Part shown: positions 55,701 through 64,000 of the stretch, piece by piece
How the letters are laid out: the number at the start of each line of letters is the position of its first letter
Position numbering within the stretch: position 1 is the stretch's first letter
NCBI RefSeq assembly: GCF_964204645.1
Contig: NC_134033.1
Span: 10,114,655 to 10,178,654 of the forward strand
Reading direction: 5' to 3'
From: Tubulanus polymorphus
Lineage: Eukaryota; Animalia; Nemertea
DNA length: 64,000 nt
Notes under the pieces: model-generated
The model's input: the letters and a program-made list of their open reading frames with translations, nothing else
Database searches by the model: none
What the model was told of the DNA's origin: nothing
Position numbers and translations under genes: made by a program

Positions 55701-58700
55701 TAAACCTACTATATTCATCAAAACATTTTTAGAAAAATTCAGCTTTGATACCGCAAAAATCTGAAATATTTATCCAATCTCTGTAAAACTGTAGTTATAT
55801 CCATGTTAATCCTGATTAGAACGAACCGATGATCATATAATGAATTCCATTTTCCAATGATGACAAACACAGAATCATTAACTCCGCGAACGTAAAATGA
55901 CGATAACTGTCTGGTCCGGTATGATGACTATTTGGTCCGATATGATGACTGTCTGGTTCGGAAAGTTCTATAGACTATATGATCCACGGTAAGCGACTAC
56001 CTCTATATGAAGGTCCGGCGAGAACAGAGCGATTCATATCGACCAGACTCACTCTATATGTACATGGATACGCAAACCCCGAGAGTCGTGAAAACCTATA
56101 GAGACACGTATATATATACACATATATAGTATATAGTGTATAACTACGACTACTCTTTACGTATTACCCCCGCGACAGGTGTCTCGATCATCAGGAGTAC
56201 GAGATTCAAATCCTATATAGTATCCGCCTCGCAAATGTGACACAGCCGCCCGTCACACCCGGATATTAGAGACTGGGAGAGTAAATACGTCACTATTCCA
56301 CGGCTGAACGGCTGGGGCTAGGGTAAGTTTGGGGAACGGATGCTTTTAGAACCTGTTGCCAATTAAACATTATCCATCGTTGTACATTCAACAAGATATA
56401 TGCAACTTTATATCATGTGTAAATGTACACAATGCGGCGAGAAATGGAAATTAGAATTTACGAGAATGCGCGGGAAGAAGCTACGAGCCGGATGAGAATA
56501 TGGCCCTGGAAGGGCGGTGAAATTGATAAGACACCTTTGACGAACAGAGGTTCCCCTCCCCTACGAGGAATCTATGCTAAAGGCCAGACGTTTTAGTACC
56601 AGATAGAGAGTGCTGCGAGAACCCGGTGCTAAAAAGAATGGAGTTCTGGTTGATACAATATTCTAGCATTGCTATTAGTGATTCATATTTTAAAACTGAT
56701 GCAGCAATTTTTTGATGATAAATTACTTGAATGAAACTGAACGGTAGGAATTAACGGCAAAGATCGTAGCGGGTGCAGCATCTGGCTCTGGTGCTCCGGG
56801 TCACCAGTGACGCGTAACGCCTGAATTCCCCTGCGGAGACAGACGACCACAGCGTCAATGCTGTAAGTGAAATGATAATAAATAATCAAATAAATGACTG
56901 ACGTGTTTAACTTTATTGTTAGAATCACGCCGTTGCTCAGTAACGACGGTGCTGACTGGTGACCAGGGACGGCAATGTCTGGTCGACGATGAGGATGACG
57001 TCATACGATACGATCGATGTGATTGGTCTAAAATATTCGCATCACATAGCAGCGCTAGAACCGGTTATAGAAACATGGCCCGAATACATGCTTACATTGT
57101 CTATATCTATTGTGTTTATATACTTATTGATTGACATTAATGTGTTTATAAACGATAAGATCTTTGACTAATTCTCCATGTTTGTCACGACGGACATTTT
57201 CAGCCACATTGCGCGAATTGTGGGGAACATTCCAAACCTCGTCCACGACAGCTGCAGGGGCTCTTACGTACGGCGTGTAACAGCTAATGCTCGACATCAT
57301 CCTCAGATCCTCGACTTTGTCATGACATCTCCAGCCTTCTCAAAATGTTTTCAGCACGCTGGTCTTAGGCCTAACATACATACGTAATACTGGCGTCATA
57401 AGTCCTCGTACATTCCATCCCTCAATCCCTCTTCCTCCTCCTCGCTCTCTCTTCCTCTTCCCTCTTGTGAGAGAGAACAAAGACACACCATCATCCTCTT
57501 AATCCCACGCACCAGGGTCACATTCCTGGTTACCTTGGTAACGGTTCGGTAACACGGTTTACCCGTGTTTATGTGATGAATGCAGTTGGTGACTGACTGC
57601 AGCTTTCAGAGATAAATGAAAAAATTATGCTTTTCACAAAATTGTGCAGCCCAGTGACGAATATTCTATTGGTTAAAAATCAAATTAGTCAAAACGCCAA
57701 GCAATGCGCGAGGTTTCCGAACCTTGTATTTCGGGTTGGTGGCAGGGGATTTATGATATATAAGGTAATTCTTACAACGGACAAAAAGTGCTATTACTTA
57801 TTCTAACGATGGCGAGCGATTGTGTGGGCCCTCGTAGACATCGACCACTTTCAAATCTTGTAATATCCCTAGTGACAACCTGACATCGTATCAAGATAAT
57901 TGAATCAAAACATTTCCCAGCACTCTCTAAGCTGCATCTCTAAGCTGTATATCTAAAGCAATGGCGCTGCATGGAGAAACAATAACGAGTTAAGTAACAT
58001 CTTTGTAGAATCCAAATGTGCGCGATAAAACCGATGCGATGGTCATCGGGAACCAGTTCCACATGATAGTGACTCTTAAGCAGTTATTCGAACCGGCTAC
58101 GGTTTATACACTGATGTTTATGTTTATTTTATGAAGCCATTATTCTGCTTTAAACTGCCTTTTTTATGCTGAGATTGTGACATTTACTGCGCCGCCCGGT
58201 TTCATATGAACCAATCACGAAATATCAGATTTCTACCAATTTCTAAATGTCGTTTCCCCGGTATTCCCATTGTTCGATCCTCTTACTGCTGGTCCAGATG
58301 ATCTTAACGGGCGCGTATGGAGCACTTGTGGAGTAAAGAAACGTCACCTGAAACTGTCATGGGATTTATAACATAATCACTATACACAAGAGACGTGAAT
58401 TAAAAGTAGGCCTAGTCATATTCATCAAAGATGAATAGAGGGAAGGGGTGATGGGGAGGAGAAGGGAGCGAACGTGGCTGTTTTGAAAATAGAGTAAAAA
58501 CCGATTAGTTTCATATATCGATCGTTAAGTAATCGTCGCGCTCTGTTGGTTTCGTCGTGTATATGGCCTATACTAGTCGAGTTGGTAATGGACCGTTTGC
58601 ATAAAAATGGTAGGTTCGAGTCCTGATGGGCCTGGTTGTATACAGATTACCTTAATTGAAATGGAATTGAACATGCCCCCGGATTAAAGTCAATACCAGT

Positions 58701-61700
58701 TAAGACTGGGCCCTGGGTTACGGTTAGGTTTTAAAGCAGCGACCAGACTAACCTTACCAACTCATTCAAGCACTACTAGTCTTTGGTATAGTGGTTAGGA
58801 TGCTCGACTGTGGCATCTGGAGGTGTCAGTCCTGCAGCCAGGGACCGCTGAGGGTTATGGTTATGGACGAGTTAGATGAATTTTTGCACCCACTGTGCTT
58901 AAAGATCTCAGGTTCGAATCCGGAATGAAAGGCATATTTAAGAATATTTTGCCGATTCCTTGTTTTACAATTGATTGAACTTCTCTTCAATTTTCTGCTT
59001 CAATTAAGTACATTCATCTACTACGAATTTTACTATACACATTAGAACCTTTATCTAATTATGGACTAGATCATAAATCTCTCGAAGCCAATTTTCTGCG
59101 TTGACGACACGATTTTCCACGAGTATTTTTCTAGGTTTAATTTATCATATCGCCTGAAGCCGTTCTGTCGTATGGAAGGAAGATCATGGCTTTTCGATTT
59201 GTTGCGTTCAGCCGAGCACGATTTGTTGAATGATGAAATTTTAATGATCTCTATGTAGCTCGACTCTGTTCTGTTCTGCTCCGCGTCACTTTGAGGTGTT
59301 TTTAAAACCGATTACACCGTTTGAATAATTAACGAATTACGTGCTTAATACAAACATTCACATTTCTGGTTTCGTTTACGACGCGCGGTGAACAAACCAC
59401 CAATAGAATAATTTGATGAATTATCGATACCTTCATTTAGCGATGAAAATCTATGAGCAAAAATAATAAAGGTTTTTTAGTTGAGCGGAACTTTCAGATG
59501 TTTGTAAATATAAGTAGATCGAGACAAAACGTGGGGTTTGTGATGAGCTGTGTTACATCGTTTAGTTCTAAGCCTAGTTGAAACGTTACAAATGAAGAAC
59601 ACCCTAATTCACCCTACCCACAACTTTTGCTAATGAATCGGTGAGTAAAGGTTGTGTGCATATAGGAAGGTGATGGTCGTATTTCATCAATTCAGACCCG
59701 TAATGATTGGTGTCAGTGATAACATGGTGATTATGTGCTTTACACTACTACGATTCCTACCTTGAACGTTCCAGTGAAGTATCCAAACCAATAAGAAACA
59801 CACGGTTTTCGAGAAACCCTTCATCATTTTAGGTCGCAGTTTTATTGTAAATCCATGTTAAACTCCATAATGATAAATTCCTAAATACGGATTTTCACAC
59901 AGAACATCTGTTTGCGGGGATCTTTAAGGCACCATCTTATAATATACGTACATATGTTTTATATATCATCAAAACAGATGTTGTCTCCGTCCTGGACGAG
60001 TCTGTTAGACCCTCGACATCAATATATCTAGCTATCTCTTTGGGTTTTACTACTTAACTCCGTCGTTTTTCTACATTCAATCTTTACGCATTTTTACGCC
60101 CAAGATTCTAATCATATTCCCATTTGATTTGTGAAATGGCGATGCTCTGCTGCATATACATCTAACAACACACGATCCACGTGTGTGTCGCCTGTCACTT
60201 CTCAGCACGCTCTCCCTAGTAAGTGCTGCTGCTGCGGCTGCTATGTGTGCTTGTGTAGCTAGATTTGTAATCTGTCATATCGTGTAACTAATGGTGGAAT
60301 TGAAGAATCTTCAATTCAAATACTTATGAAACGCGCATCACTAAAATGAATAATTCCAATAAATTATATCTCTATCCACGGTGTCGTCTGTTATGTACAT
60401 ATGTATGTACACATATCGGTGGTTGGTTATTGAATCTAATTCGTTCGTCGTTCGCTGTCAGATTATTTCAGCTCCAGTTCTGTATTGATCACAGTAACTG
60501 TGTAGTTCTCCCTCTGCGACAGTCGCATTACTGAGACATGCAGCTGAGAGAAAAAGAGGGCAGTGCTGGTCTACTCCGAATCCAACGTCGTGTGGAACTC
60601 GAGGGTATCTCAAACACCGGGCGTTATTCCATCGTCGTTACTGCTGCTGGTGCTTAGGACTATCATCCAACTATAACCTGTTTGCGACTGACCCCCGTCC
60701 ACACCAAACGAAACAAGCAATAAAAAACAATACAAACGACTACCAATTGATTTTTCACCACTTGAACATCATTCATCAAAAATAGACTGGAAAATAGCGG
60801 GCGATTACTTTTGTGTCGTTTCATTGAGGCATTGTGTCCCCTCGACAATGTCGCGGGTTACTTGTACTTTAATAGTAATGTAGTTTTTTCTCTCGCCAGA
60901 CTCTCAGAAATTATCAATATACTATAAAGATAATTTTATTTCTCTCCTACCATTACCATAGAATAGAGAGAAAAATGATTTTATTTACAAAATATGTTTA
61001 GAGAAAAAATTAAACATTTTATGACATAAAAAGGTTTTTTGTAATATACAAATACATGTACTATTTACGATACACTAAAGACTACAGTAGGGATCAATAC
61101 ATATCTAAACCATCTTTAATAAATCAAGCTTATTGTTGTCTAAACAACTGCGCCATCTACAGTTATTGACATACAGAGTAACTTCAGTGTATAATGTAAA
61201 TCATTCGTTTCTATTTTGAATGGAATTTCTTTTTTCGATCGACGATTAAAAAAGTCAATTTGAATTCACTCAGATCTAGCTATGATCTTGAGACTCCAAT
61301 ACGTCTCAAAGCCGAAGTGTTTACGAAAGTTCAACTAAAGCGCCGCCACCGGTCGCATTTATAATCAGATTACTGTAATTACATTACGCTTAACACTGGG
61401 ACAATATGTTCGCTTTTTGACGGGGCTTACAGCGAATGTTAGTATTGAAACCAGTGAACAGTACCGGTGAAATGGCACGGCGCTCGCGTGGACGAGACCT
61501 GCAGTTATTATTTACAGTAAGCAGTAAGCGGGAACGGGTTGGTAACTAAGGACTGTACCGCTCAATGTCAACATTTCCGTGTCGTACTCTAACTATACAG
61601 ACAGACAGACAGATAGTCACAGATAGGCATACAATTAATAGTTATATCTACTGTCTCTGTCTATGCATGGTTATTTATTGCAGAATAATCTAACTACATT

Positions 61701-62980
61701 AAATATCCGGGAGTGAACAATTGAATAGCTGAAACGGTTTCCTTCTTAATGGAGATATTTGGATAAAAAGACTTGGATAGTTTATCCGGTCCTGAAGGTA
61801 ATTGGCAATTTTTCTAATGAAACTTCTACTTTCCAATAAAATATTTCTACTGGACGTTTATCTAAATAACGTATGGCAGTATCTTTGGCTTCTAGGTTTT
61901 CGTCGACGTATACATGTGTTTATTAAAGACACAATCGCCAAATACAGATATCTTAAGATACACATGTATAAGTAAAGGTTTGCTATTATCATGGACGCAT
62001 CAAAATGTATCTGTGACATATTTAATCAGAGATATAGATATCAACGTAGATAAGAATCACCGGGGTAAAATTGACAAACCACTTATCAGTGATGTGACAA
62101 ATGCACTAACTATGATGTCAAATGCTACAGAAAGAACTATAATTTGTCATAAATTTGGTAAATAAAGAAGTATCAGCATTTTACTCGAAATACATTCAGG
62201 AATTTGTTGGATTTTCGGTAATCATAATAGAATGGACGACATCAAATTTCAATCGCCCGAACTCGCATTTCAATTTCAGGTTCTTAACTGAAATATCTTG
62301 AAATATATACAAATTGCAGGTCTCTTAATACAGATGAGATATTTTTCAAATTGCCATAACATTGAATACAATTTTGAACGACTTAATCCTCTTTATTCAT
62401 GGAAATCCTTTCTCGTGAAAACCGCTTTAAGTATTTAGAGATTCGATTCTGAGCAAGGTAGATGAATAAGGCTTAGTGTTAGTTCTCCGGCGACGACGCG
62501 TGTAAGAGTAACCGATCGTTCATTTCCGGCTGATGACGTCACGGCTGCTAATGCTGGGCGAGAGAATAAATCGATTGCACAAACCGCTGTTAAGCGGATA
62601 TTAACCATATCAAATACCAACACGAGCCATTGTGTTAAATTTGTACGGGAGAATTGCTGTCTAATAAAAGGCTTTGTTTTCGGCATCGAAATGATAGATA
62701 CCATTATTAAACCTTAATGGTTTTATTCGTTCTTACATTAAAGTACATGGGACCAATGAAGTGTGATGAGAGTCGCATTACACTTCCCTGGTCGAACTTA
62801 GAATAATTTGAAGTTGCAACTTTCGGAAATTCTACAAAAAGGTCTGATATGACTTGAACCTTAAATCTCCTGTTTATGACTACTCAATAGCTAGTTGGTG
62901 ATCAGAGACAATTGTTGTGTATTCATTCAATTAGTTAACAATGTTCTAATTTTCTGTTGTTGAAGAAAGGTGTACCGGAA

Positions 62981-63350
62981 ATGACGCATGGACTGGACGT
63001 CGAAGAACAGACCCCGAGAATGGAAGATTCCAAGTTGTATCACATGATCAATGTTGGTACGAAGGATGCTTTCCGCGAGGCTTGGAGATTAGTAGGCCGG
63101 ATGAGTGAGGACGAACTGCGTCTAACTACAACCAATGAGGGGCATTCCTACATGCACTTAGTCATCTATTCCACGCAACATCTTTACGATCAGAATAAAC
63201 GCGATCTATCGCCTAGCATCGTATTGTTGTATCGCCTGGCGTTACGAGGATGTGATATCAACGCTCAGAACAACCACGGTAACACGTGTTTACATTTGGC
63301 GACGTTTCGACCGTGGGCAGATCTTCTGTGCCAGCATCTTATACGATTAG
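62981..63350 (+). CDS. Ankyrin-repeat protein, 5' coding exon
   Basis: GHSYMHLV and GCDINAQNNHGNTCLHLA ankyrin consensus; donor TTAG|gtaaac at 63350/63351 (phase 1). Confidence 0.85.
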
Positions 63351-63960
63351 GTAAACATCGTTGTGGTTATTTTGATGAAATACTTCGGGTTGAAACGATA
63401 ATACAGTAAAGTACCACATTACAAAACTAAACAACCAGAACGAACGTGTCCTCAAAGATAACTATTAGGACATAGGCTAATAAATGCTACTTTCTTTCTC
63501 CCGATCGACCGGGTCATTTTTTTAGAAATGCAATTTTAGCAATTGTAATCAGTTCATTTCGATACTCGCGGTTAGCTTGACTATGATCTAAAAATGCGCT
63601 GGCTGTGTTACCTTTTAAGCTCAGCAGAAATGAGAAACAATGTATCATTTTAAGTAATTGCTGACACATTTGAATAAACTACTAGTTCGAGGAAACAATT
63701 CGGTTTTCTTTTCAATAAAGAAGTTTCCAGTTTCTAGGCGCCATTTTGTGGCGGTCCCTGTGGGGAGTTTAGCGTTATGCTAGTGGCTGATAATAATTAT
63801 GATAATAATTGTGATAATGATAATCTATTACTGAAAGCTTTTTCTTAACATTATTGAAATATCAAAGCTCTTTACAAATAAAAGGTTTGGCGTTTCATCG
63901 ACATGTTGTTCTATCCGGCGTCTAAACTGTGTTTCGATTTCTGTATTATAATTTCCATAG

Positions 63961-64000
63961 GTGCTGATTGCGGATTGCGGAACACGAATAACTGCCGAAT
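63961..64000 (+). CDS. Ankyrin-repeat protein, next exon (truncated at window end)
   Basis: Acceptor tttccatag at 63960; continues in frame as GADCGLRNTNNCR, fitting the ankyrin GAD..L.N pattern. Confidence 0.75.
   Translation, partial: MLIADCGTRITAE

Overview
Eukaryotic genomic DNA, most likely from an invertebrate metazoan (GT-AG introns, microsatellites, MITEs, tRNA-derived SINE-like heads). There are no prokaryotic features and no CRISPR array. Main content: (1) an AT-rich island at ~3.2-4.8 kb with compact, intronless, tightly packed minus-strand ORFs that look viral or mobile in origin; (2) a 2.8-kb minus-strand exon (13179-15983) encoding a low-complexity nuclear-type protein with tandem PLDLS/PLDLT CtBP-binding motifs, set in a CpG-rich gene-poor region; (3) a 614-bp foldback element with 208-bp near-perfect arms, plus tiny hairpin insertions with matching P-element-like ends and 7-bp TSDs; (4) a minus-strand gene reconstructed by hand as 17 frame-compatible exons (49124 to 33485, ~1130 aa) encoding a type I membrane protein: YWTD propeller with mucin-like insert, EGF, second YWTD propeller, sushi-like, SEA-like module with RKKR, GCC2/GCC3 Cys-rich repeat, TM, short tail; (5) an intronless CD20/MS4A-like gene (39015-39968, +) nested antisense in that gene's 6-kb intron; (6) the 5' coding exons of an ankyrin-repeat gene at the right edge. 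Most short ORFs in the track are microsatellite or antisense artefacts. All exon models come from manual reading and need RNA-seq confirmation.
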